Origin: Candidatus Nanopelagicales bacterium
Lineage (GTDB): Bacteria > Actinomycetota > Actinomycetes > JAHEKZ01
Reading direction: 5' to 3'
Length of the DNA: 52,769 nt
Assembly (NCBI GenBank): GCA_038316135.1
Contig: JBBQAL010000004.1
Coordinates: 1-52,769 of the forward strand
Made by a program: the position numbers and the translations under genes. The notes beneath the pieces were generated by a model. It made no database searches, was not told where the DNA came from, and worked only from the letters and a program-made list of their open reading frames with translations. This document shows positions 18,428 to 26,337 of the stretch, in pieces. How positions within the stretch are numbered: the stretch's first letter is position 1; each line of letters starts with the position of its first letter.

Positions 18428-19813
18428 ATGTCAACGACACCGCGCCGCCACGTGGCGGCCGTCGTCGCGTCAGTTCTTGCTGCCGGGCTGCTGCCACTTG
18501 TGCTGACGGTGCCCTCGGCGGCAGGGACCGGCCGGGTGATTGATGGGTCTTCATTCGAGCGCTCGCTGAGTGGTTGGGTGGCGGCGACAGGTGCGACTCG
18601 GCTCGACCGCGTCAAGCGAGGGCGTGGCACTGGCAGTTCGGCCGCTCGCCTGCGGCCACCGGCGGATCGGGCAGCCACCGTCGGTATAGCCAACGCACCA
18701 GCTGCTGAGCGGTCGACCCAAGCCAGGGCCAGGTACACCGCAACGGCGTGGGTGCGAGCAACATCGCGCGCTGTTCGGCCAGGTGCCGTGACCGTCCGGC
18801 TCTCCCTTGGCGAGCGGACCAAGTCAGGTCGCGGCCCGACCGCTTGGCAGGGGCGACGTCTGAGCGACCGGCACTGGCACAAGGTGAGCGTGCCTTTTAC
18901 CTCCCGCAAAGACGGCAGGAGGATCGACCTGACAGTCCGGGCGGTAGATGTTCCTCGAGGTGGAGCGGTTCTCGTCGACGACATCCGCCTCGTTCGCGGG
19001 CCACAGCCTGCGGCAGCTGACCGTGTTCTTTCCGGAACTCGGTTCGGCGCAAGCGTGGATGAAGGGCGCCTCGATTGGCTGCGGGCCCTGCACAAGTCTG
19101 ATCAGCGCTACACACGGATGGAGGTTGTGCGGGTCTTTGAACCTGTCATCCGTGATGGGTGGAGTGGCCGACTTGGTGACGTCAACCGTCCCATGTCCGT
19201 CTCCTTTGTTGCACCGGCTTCGCAGGTGCTCTCGGGTGAGCATGACGCGACTCTGCGTGCCTGGTTCCGCCACGCTCCGGCCGGCGACCCGATCTGGTGG
19301 ACCTACTGGCACGAGCCGGAGGACAACGTGGCCGCGGGTGACGTCTCGGCCCGGCGCTACCGCGCCGCCTGGCGGCACATCAATGCAATCGCACAGCGGG
19401 TCGGTGGCGCCAATCTCCATCCAACGCTCGTGCTGATGGCTTGGACGGCGAAGTCAGCATCGGGGCGGCAGGTGCGCGACTATTACCCGGGTGACTTCAT
19501 CGACGTGATGGCCTGGGATGGGTACAACCCGCCGGGCTCCCGGGGGTACGCGTCACCTCGCGAGATCTTCGGCCCTGCCGCAGCCGCGACGAAGCGGCTG
19601 GGAAACCGCTTCGCCATCGCCGAGGTGGGCAGTGTCCTGGTACCCGGTGACGAGGGCAGCCGACGTGCTCGGTGGCTGGTCGACGTCGCGCGGTTTGCGG
19701 CAGCCAGGAGCGCCGCATTCGTCAACTACTGGGACGCGAAGATCCCCGATGAGGACTATCAGCTCCGCGACCTGCCGTCCCGGCTCGCTTGGCGGTCGGT
19801 CGTCAAGGACTAG
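18428..19813 (+). CDS. Secreted glycoside hydrolase #2: Arg-rich CBM-like domain plus GH26-like domain, paralog of 15377-16915
   Basis: Signal peptide; SFERSLSGW...YTATAWVR...LVDDIRL; FGASV, MEVVRVF, YWHEPEDN, AWDGY and FAIAEVGSVLVPGD, all collinear with hydrolase #1. Confidence 0.75.
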   Translation: MSTTPRRHVAAVVASVLAAGLLPLVLTVPSAAGTGRVIDGSSFERSLSGWVAATGATRLDRVKRGRGTGSSAARLRPPADRAATVGIANAPAAERSTQARARYTATAWVRATSRAVRPGAVTVRLSLGERTKSGRGPTAWQGRRLSDRHWHKVSVPFTSRKDGRRIDLTVRAVDVPRGGAVLVDDIRLVRGPQPAAADRVLSGTRFGASVDEGRLDWLRALHKSDQRYTRMEVVRVFEPVIRDGWSGRLGDVNRPMSVSFVAPASQVLSGEHDATLRAWFRHAPAGDPIWWTYWHEPEDNVAAGDVSARRYRAAWRHINAIAQRVGGANLHPTLVLMAWTAKSASGRQVRDYYPGDFIDVMAWDGYNPPGSRGYASPREIFGPAAAATKRLGNRFAIAEVGSVLVPGDEGSRRARWLVDVARFAAARSAAFVNYWDAKIPDEDYQLRDLPSRLAWRSVVKD

Positions 19814-19831
19814 CGGTGGCGGTTATTGCTG

Positions 19832-20764
19832 TCAGAGCCCGCGGCCGGTCCGGTGCAGCTGGCGGAGCACCCAGTCAGGTGAAAGCAACCCAGCCGCGAC
19901 GCCGAGCGCGAGATATGCGCGTGGCTCTGTCGGCCGGCGCCTCATCGCCTGGAGTGCCCAGCGCGCACCGGCGCGCCGTTCGTGGTCTGCGGCTGTCGCG
20001 AACGCGATCTGCCCCATGACGCGCGCCTCCCCGGCAGGGATGTCGCCGAACTCCGGGTATCGCTCCAGCAACCATGGCAAAGCTGAGCGGATCGTCGTCC
20101 ACCTGGCGGTGAAGTAGGAGCTTTTCGACCAGAGGACTCGAACACCGACCTCCGGAACGTTGAGCACCGGGTGGCTCCTGGCTGCTCGAAGCAGGAACTC
20201 GTAGTCCTCTCCGTAGCTTCCGGGGATTTCCTCCTCGACAAGGCCAAATCCGTCGATCACGGCCTTGCGCCTCATGACGAACGTTGATGGGTGCAGTTCG
20301 GTCAGGCGGTCCCTGAGCAGGTCGGTCAGGGTGACTGTGCGTTGGTCGAGGACACGCGCATGGCGGCTGTCGCCGTACTCGACCTCAATTCCACAGCAGA
20401 CCAGCTCGGCGGTCGCGTCAATGTTCAGGGCAGTTACCTGGGCCTGCAACTTGCCAGGTAGCCAGGTGTCATCGTCGTCGCAGAAGGCGACGAGTTCGGC
20501 ATCAGCGGCAAGGAGTCCGGAGTTACGGGCTCCCGCAAGACCTGGTGTTCGCGTGTTGGTGACCACGACGACTTTGCGGTCGTCCATAAGGCCGAGTGTT
20601 GGGTCATTCTCAAGGGATGCGTCTGGAGTCGACTGGTCGTAGACGACGAAAACTCTGATCGACCCTGGGTAGTTCGAGGTCAAGATGGCGGCAATCGTTG
20701 CGCGCAACAGGACAGGTCTGTCGCGGGTGGCAACGACGACGTCGACATCGGGGAACTCGCTCAC
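19832..20764 (-). CDS. Family 2 glycosyltransferase
   Basis: VVVATRDRP, GLAGARNSG, AFCDDDDTWLPGKL, GEDYEFLLR. GTGA overlap with the upstream fusion gene. Confidence 0.92.
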   Translation of the reverse strand: MSEFPDVDVVVATRDRPVLLRATIAAILTSNYPGSIRVFVVYDQSTPDASLENDPTLGLMDDRKVVVVTNTRTPGLAGARNSGLLAADAELVAFCDDDDTWLPGKLQAQVTALNIDATAELVCCGIEVEYGDSRHARVLDQRTVTLTDLLRDRLTELHPSTFVMRRKAVIDGFGLVEEEIPGSYGEDYEFLLRAARSHPVLNVPEVGVRVLWSKSSYFTARWTTIRSALPWLLERYPEFGDIPAGEARVMGQIAFATAADHERRAGARWALQAMRRRPTEPRAYLALGVAAGLLSPDWVLRQLHRTGRGL

Positions 20765-22203
20765 GGCATCCTCGAGCCGTATCCATAGTGTCGTTGGAGT
20801 GGCAGGGTGAGTGCGCTGACGAACCGGCGTCGACTCGTTGGCATTTCGGCTTGCCACGACTGGTCAGACTTGATGCTGATGTCGCCAGACGCGAACCGCA
20901 TGGGGTTGCCGGCAACGGTGTGCGATGCATTGACGTGAAGGACGTCCCCATTCAGGAACTTAAGGATCTCAGCTCCATCCTCGATACCCGCGAACTGCGC
21001 TGCGGCGAGCAGGACGTCCTTCGGTGCCTCGACGAAGTCCTCGTACCGCACCCTGAGGTATGGGTGTCGCCGTTGCATCTGTTCGATCACTGCGTTCTGA
21101 ACGTCCCACAGCACAGCAGCTTTGGCTGGACCGTAGACCGGCATCGGTTCGCCTCCGGCCTCCGGGCGCGCGATCTTCTTGGTCCAGGCATGGGCAACGG
21201 CCCGGCTGTCCCTGACCACATGGAGCAGTCGCAGGTCGACGCCCTCGACCTGCGAGAGCATGAGCGCGTACGAGGCGTGCTTGCTTGAGTCGATGATGAC
21301 GCGAGCCCCTGAGACCTCAGCGAGAGCCCGGTACAGCTGGGCGAGCCGGTCGAGGTACTTGGCATGACGTTGCCGGTACCTCGGCGACAGCCCGGGACGA
21401 AGAAGTAGCGGCAGGTATCGATTGCGATCGACGGAGTAACGGAGGGCTACAGCCTCGTCGGCATCGAGTGCTGCCCATCCACCGAAGGCCACCTCGCCGA
21501 CGCTCTGCCAGAAGGGGCAGGCCGAGAACGGCTGGCCACAGCCGCAAAGCTCGTTGTCGCGCAGGCCTCGGTCCCAGAGGTGCACCGACTCGCCGATGTT
21601 GAGCACGCCAGGAAGCTCGCCGAGTGCTCGTTCCAGCAAGGTGGTCCCGCTGCGACCCTGGCCGCCGATGTACACAACCGTGAGTGGGTCGGTGTTTGGG
21701 GTGGTGACGGTGGTCGGTGAGAGGGCAGCGATGAGTTCGCCGACTCGGCGGACGCCCGATGGCGCAGTGTCGCGGTGGCTTGATTTGTCGCGGGGTCGGG
21801 AAAGTGCTTGCTGCACGAGGGCGTCAAGGGCGGCTAGATCGGGTGCAGCAACGACGATTCCGGCATCGGCAATGCGCCGAACGAAGCGCAGCTGGTGTCC
21901 GTCGATGTGCTCGTGGTGGGAGGGGTCTCGGGCCAGGCAGACGGGCAACAGACCGCTTCGTCTGACGTCGGTGATGGTTGCAGGGCCTCCGTGGCAGACG
22001 ACCGCATCCGCACGTGCGATCTCGGTTTGCAACTGCGCGTGGTCAAGGAGTCGGGCGCGCTCTCCGTTGACCGGAGGACGAGCTGCACCGTACTGGATGA
22101 ATACCTCGTGTTCGGGGTGGTGGGCGGCAAAGCCGTCAGCCCAGCTCACGAGTCTCTGGAAGGGATGGAAGTCGGTCCCCACCGTGACCAGGATACGGCT
22201 CAC
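20761..22203 (-). CDS. Fusion protein: Alg13/PssE/CpsG-like glycosyltransferase subunit plus CHST-like PAPS-dependent sulfotransferase
   Basis: N-terminal ILVTVGTDFHPFQRL, FIQYG, ADAVVCHGGPATI and EHIDGHQ; C-terminal GGQGRSGTT (5'-PSB), LLHVVRDSRAV (3'-PB) and RVRYEDF. One open frame; GTGA overlap with the Alg14-like gene. Confidence 0.85.
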   Translation of the reverse strand: MSRILVTVGTDFHPFQRLVSWADGFAAHHPEHEVFIQYGAARPPVNGERARLLDHAQLQTEIARADAVVCHGGPATITDVRRSGLLPVCLARDPSHHEHIDGHQLRFVRRIADAGIVVAAPDLAALDALVQQALSRPRDKSSHRDTAPSGVRRVGELIAALSPTTVTTPNTDPLTVVYIGGQGRSGTTLLERALGELPGVLNIGESVHLWDRGLRDNELCGCGQPFSACPFWQSVGEVAFGGWAALDADEAVALRYSVDRNRYLPLLLRPGLSPRYRQRHAKYLDRLAQLYRALAEVSGARVIIDSSKHASYALMLSQVEGVDLRLLHVVRDSRAVAHAWTKKIARPEAGGEPMPVYGPAKAAVLWDVQNAVIEQMQRRHPYLRVRYEDFVEAPKDVLLAAAQFAGIEDGAEILKFLNGDVLHVNASHTVAGNPMRFASGDISIKSDQSWQAEMPTSRRRFVSALTLPLQRHYGYGSRMP

Positions 22204-22673
22204 AGCAGGGGTCCAACGAGCACTGAGCCAGGGTAGAGGCGCTGCTGCTCCTCCCACTGCACGCAGAAGTGCGTGCTGAGCGGTCGACAGAGGCGCCCGG
22301 TCATCGTGCGACTGTCGATCCGGTCATAGACCTCGACGTAAATGGTGGGGATTCCCTTCGCACGTCCGAGCAGAAAGAAGGGATAAGCGACAGCGGCACC
22401 CGTCGACACGATCACATCTGGCTGTTGCTTGGTGATCACCTTCTTGGCGAGAACCGTGTTCCGCATCAAGTTCGGCACGTTGCGGGTGGTGGGGTGGTGC
22501 GCCCAAGTGACGTCTTCAGCCACGAGCTGAGAGACGGCATCGGCGGTATCAAACGTCACCCAGTGTCGTTGCTCCCTGGACCACAGTGGTGCCAAGGCCA
22601 ACAGCTGAGCCAGGTGACCTCCGCTGGAACCGACCAGGAGGGCGCGGCCGGAAAGGTCGGCAACAGACTCCAT
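22200..22673 (-). CDS. Alg14/PssD/CpsF-like glycosyltransferase subunit
   Basis: LVGSSGGHLAQL, PDVIVSTGAAVAYPF, IYVEVYDR, TMTGRL, VQWEE. Confidence 0.9.
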   Translation of the reverse strand: MESVADLSGRALLVGSSGGHLAQLLALAPLWSREQRHWVTFDTADAVSQLVAEDVTWAHHPTTRNVPNLMRNTVLAKKVITKQQPDVIVSTGAAVAYPFFLLGRAKGIPTIYVEVYDRIDSRTMTGRLCRPLSTHFCVQWEEQQRLYPGSVLVGPLL

Positions 22674-22802
22674 GCCGTCCCCCGTTCGTTATCGATCCCC
22701 GTCTCGTGCAGCCCATTGTTCCGTGCTTACGACGGCCGCATGCGGGCATGTCCAAAGACAGGACAAATGGGTGACGCCAATCGGGTGAATGCGTCGTTGG
22801 CG

Positions 22803-24293
22803 TTAGCGACGGCGCCGCAGCGCCGTCGAGAGCTCGGCGAGATGCAGTTGGCCCCGGAAGATTCGGGTGAACGCTATGTAGGTGGCTGCACAGAGCACGA
22901 TGGCTACCCCGAGAGCGATCCAGGTCTGGCCCAACAGCACGGCAACAGCGCCGGCTGGAATGGCCACCGCCACCACGTTGGCGAGCACTGCGTACCCCGT
23001 CCCCAGCTCGAAAGGGTGGAGACCGTCAGAGCGGGCCAGCTGGATGACCGAGAGCGCGTTGATCACCACGATGCTGACGCCCCAAGCGATCGCTGCTCCG
23101 AATGCGCCCCACGTCGGCACGAGAGCCAAGATCAACACAACTTGCGTAGCGAGCGCCCCGAGTGAGTTGGCAAGCGTGGCGCTGGTGCGGCCCGTCATGC
23201 TGAGCATGACGTCGACCATGCCCGACCCGTTTCCGATGAAGGCGGCGATGCAGAGGGTCACGGTTACTGGCCAGGCCGACACATAAGCCTCTCCAAAGAT
23301 ACTGAGGAGCAGTGGGCTGAAGATGGCGACGCCGATGTAAAGGGGGCCGTTCAGCAAAATGATCCAGGTGGTCGTGGACCGGTAGAGGGAAGCGATGGAA
23401 GCCTTGCGGTCAGTGGCCGAGAGGCTGGCGATCTGCGGTTGGGCAGCCAGCGCGAGCGCGGAGTTGGTGAGCTGCCCAACGACGAGGAACCGGGTGGCGA
23501 TGGCGTAGATCGCTGCTTCGGCAGGGCCACGTAACGCCGAGACCAAGACGATGTCGAAGCGCTGCCGAGCCTGTTGCACCACACTGGTGATGGCTCGGGG
23601 CCAGGTGAACCGCCAGAAGTCGGCGCGGAGTCCAGGATCGACCGGCGAGTGGCCGCGGACTGTTGTTCGCGCCAACCACAGCCCGGCGATAACAAGGAGA
23701 CCGAAGTACGGCAGCGCCCACGCCGCCGTTACGGCAACGATGCCACCCATGGCGACGGCACCAACTGTGAGCACCAGTTGTGCCGCGGGTCGCGCGATGC
23801 GGTCAAGGGCTGCCGTTGGAGTCATGGTCCCTAGGCCACGGGTGGCACCCAGGAGGGCGTCGAATCCGACGATGGCGGGAAGTGCCAACGCCAGGACGCG
23901 GAGGAGTTGCGTTCCCGTGTCACTTCCGTCCAACAGCAGGTCGGAAGCGATCGGCGCTCCGGCAAACAGCACCACAGCTCCGAGCAGCGACAGTGCCAGA
24001 ACAGGACGAAGAGCTATGACGAGCAGCGATCGGAGCTCGTGCGCACGGCCCAACTCGCGTAGCCGTGCGACCCAGTAGACCAGTCCGATCGAGGTACCAA
24101 GGCGAGCGATCGTCGCGACCAGTAGCACCACCGATGTTGCAGCGAAGTAGAGACCGGTGTCCTCTTCTGAAAATGATCGTGCGACCACAACCGAGAGTGC
24201 GATCCCCAAGCCAGCTGCGATCGCCGCGGCTGCGACATTCTGCGAACCCCCACGGCCAATGCGGTGCAGGTGCGTGGCAGGTTGTTCGCTCAT
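22803..24293 (-). CDS. wzx: Polysaccharide flippase (Wzx / MOP superfamily)
   Basis: About 12-14 hydrophobic segments; GLYFAATS, FWRFTWPR, RFDIVLVSAL, AIYAIATR. ATGA overlap with the sulfotransferase stop. Confidence 0.85.
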   Translation of the reverse strand: MSEQPATHLHRIGRGGSQNVAAAAIAAGLGIALSVVVARSFSEEDTGLYFAATSVVLLVATIARLGTSIGLVYWVARLRELGRAHELRSLLVIALRPVLALSLLGAVVLFAGAPIASDLLLDGSDTGTQLLRVLALALPAIVGFDALLGATRGLGTMTPTAALDRIARPAAQLVLTVGAVAMGGIVAVTAAWALPYFGLLVIAGLWLARTTVRGHSPVDPGLRADFWRFTWPRAITSVVQQARQRFDIVLVSALRGPAEAAIYAIATRFLVVGQLTNSALALAAQPQIASLSATDRKASIASLYRSTTTWIILLNGPLYIGVAIFSPLLLSIFGEAYVSAWPVTVTLCIAAFIGNGSGMVDVMLSMTGRTSATLANSLGALATQVVLILALVPTWGAFGAAIAWGVSIVVINALSVIQLARSDGLHPFELGTGYAVLANVVAVAIPAGAVAVLLGQTWIALGVAIVLCAATYIAFTRIFRGQLHLAELSTALRRRR

Positions 24294-25150
24294 CGCCGCC
24301 ACGAAGGCGTTCGACCCCACCACTGCGCGAGCCGCTCGTCGAGCGGGGCGTAGTGCGCATTCAGCCTTGCCCGAAGATCGTCGCTCATGGGGGCGCGGGA
24401 GCGGGCATTGTGACGTTCGAAGGCGACGTCTTGGTCGGCAATCCCCAAGAAGGTGGTGACCTTGGGCCAGTCCTTCTCAGGTGCTGACCAGAAGTCCGCG
24501 CTGTCGAGAACGAGCATCTGCTCACGTCCGACGGCTCGTTCCATGCGCTCCAACTGGTCGATGTACTCACCGCGCTGAACGTACGCCAAGTGCTGGTGGA
24601 CCAAGCTCCGAGTGATCTCGCCGTTCCGAAGTCGTTCCTCCTCGCCAGCGAGGCGCTCTGACTCGAGTGCCAGGGCGTGCTCGAATGTCTCAGTCTCGAA
24701 GCCACGCGCGAGTTCGTGCGCGTGGGCTGAGTAGGCACGCTCGACTGGATCGCGGAGGAGGGCGATGACTCGGACGCCCGGAAGCGTCTTGGCGATTCGT
24801 TGCGCGGTGAGTGGGTGCCATAGGTAGTAAGGGCTTGACTCTCCCACCGCTGCCCGCCCGTCGCCACTGCGCTGCACGTTCTCGACTGCGCTCCGTAGCG
24901 GGAAGTGGGCTCGGTACCAGTCAAGCGACTGCTCGGGTTGTAGGTCGAAGTAGTGCACGCCCTTGCGCATAGTCGGGCCGAGGAACGCCCGGTGCTGAGC
25001 CAGCGCTTTGAAGAGGGTGGTGGTGCCGCATCTTTGACCGCCGACAATGAGCATGTCGGGGAGGACGCGCCGCGATGCAGTTCGCTGTCCGAGCTGGTCG
25101 GCGGCAACGAGAGCGGCCTTGCGACCAACGCCTTTGACGGTGCTGCTCAT
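24290..25150 (-). CDS. PAPS-dependent sulfotransferase, heparan-sulfate 3-O/N-sulfotransferase-like
   Basis: IVGGQRCGTTTL (5'-PSB), KGVHYFD, WYRAHFP, GESSPYY, LLRDPVERAYS (3'-PB), RGEY..QLER. Confidence 0.88.
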   Translation of the reverse strand: MSSTVKGVGRKAALVAADQLGQRTASRRVLPDMLIVGGQRCGTTTLFKALAQHRAFLGPTMRKGVHYFDLQPEQSLDWYRAHFPLRSAVENVQRSGDGRAAVGESSPYYLWHPLTAQRIAKTLPGVRVIALLRDPVERAYSAHAHELARGFETETFEHALALESERLAGEEERLRNGEITRSLVHQHLAYVQRGEYIDQLERMERAVGREQMLVLDSADFWSAPEKDWPKVTTFLGIADQDVAFERHNARSRAPMSDDLRARLNAHYAPLDERLAQWWGRTPSWRR

Positions 25151-26337
25151 CAGTCACCGACTCCTCGTCGGACCTGACGGGAGCGGCGCTGTACGAGGAG
25201 TGTTGTGAGGGAGGGGAGTAGCCAGTCTTCCACTGACCCCAGCCTGGCCCCGGCTAGCGATTGGTTGTCGTCGAGGTAGCGCCCTGCGAGTTCGAGCAGA
25301 TAGCCAGCCGTGGTGAGTTCTGCGACCGCTCGCTCGCGCACACCGAACGGGCGCAACAACCGCGGAGCGTTGTCGAACAGGTCAAAGGGAAGCGAATGCA
25401 GGTCTCGAACTGAGGGGGCATGCGACATCAGATAGAGATGCAATGCGTCATAGCCGATCGGTATCCCGGTAGCGAACCGTTCCCAGTCCCAGACGGAGCA
25501 GCCCGATGCGGTGACGGCCATGTTGGTGCGACGCCAGTCGCCGTGCCAGGAACCCCATTGGAGTGAACCGTCACTTGCCTGGTCGACCCAGCGCTTGGCC
25601 AGTTCAGCGAAGGCCGCCACATGCTTCTGCGCCTGTACGTCAGTAGCGACTCTGTGTTGCCACTGCTGGGCTACGGCGCCAAGCGCTGCTTCACCGTCGA
25701 TCGCTCCGCGGCCAATCGAGGCGACCTCGACCTGTGCGGCAACGACAGCTGCTGAATCACCTACGCGAGGCCCCCGGGTTGGAACCGGTGACTGGAGAAC
25801 GTAGGGGTGCGACTGGTGCTCACCAAAGGCGAGGAGCCGCGGTGCGCGAACCGATGTGAGGTCGGCGGCCGAATCCAAGGCAGCCGCCTCGCTACGCACC
25901 AGCCGATCGGTCAGCGCGTCGATACCGCACTTGACGAAGGCCGCCAGATCGCCATCCGTCGTCGCGAGCACCAGCACGGGTTTGCGGTTGGCCCGAGGCG
26001 GGCCGAGGTGGACCCCGTAGACGTACTCAGCGTCCGGTAACTGTTCGATCGCGACGGCCAAGATGTCCGGATCCGGGAGATGGATGGCGTGTACGCCTGA
26101 CGCCAGCGCGACGCGGGCCGCGAGTGTCCGAGCCCGTGCGCTGAACGACGACTTGTCGCGAAGCGCGTTCAAGATGACTCCAGCAGCCCGATGCGGGCGA
26201 GTCGGCACCACCAGACGTGGGTGCTCGACGGAGGGCAGCAACACGAACCGACTCGGTGATGAAGTCGGGGCATGGCCGCCGTTCAGAATCTCGGCATCCC
26301 AGAGCTGGCTGAGTGCGCCGGCGTCGACGGTGGTCAA
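25150..26337 (-). CDS. APH/choline-kinase-fold phosphotransferase of unknown specificity
   Basis: AFVKCG (beta-3 Lys), SEAAAL (alpha-C Glu), HGDWRRTN (catalytic loop), WDWE (Mg-binding). TTG 26337 overlaps the wzy stop (TTGA). Confidence 0.65.
   Translation of the reverse strand: MTTVDAGALSQLWDAEILNGGHAPTSSPSRFVLLPSVEHPRLVVPTRPHRAAGVILNALRDKSSFSARARTLAARVALASGVHAIHLPDPDILAVAIEQLPDAEYVYGVHLGPPRANRKPVLVLATTDGDLAAFVKCGIDALTDRLVRSEAAALDSAADLTSVRAPRLLAFGEHQSHPYVLQSPVPTRGPRVGDSAAVVAAQVEVASIGRGAIDGEAALGAVAQQWQHRVATDVQAQKHVAAFAELAKRWVDQASDGSLQWGSWHGDWRRTNMAVTASGCSVWDWERFATGIPIGYDALHLYLMSHAPSVRDLHSLPFDLFDNAPRLLRPFGVRERAVAELTTAGYLLELAGRYLDDNQSLAGARLGSVEDWLLPSLTTLLVQRRSRQVRRGVGD

Noticed and set aside
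22269-23165. 298-aa plus-strand ORF
   Set aside because: Antisense to the Alg14-like gene and wzx, with no recognisable domain.
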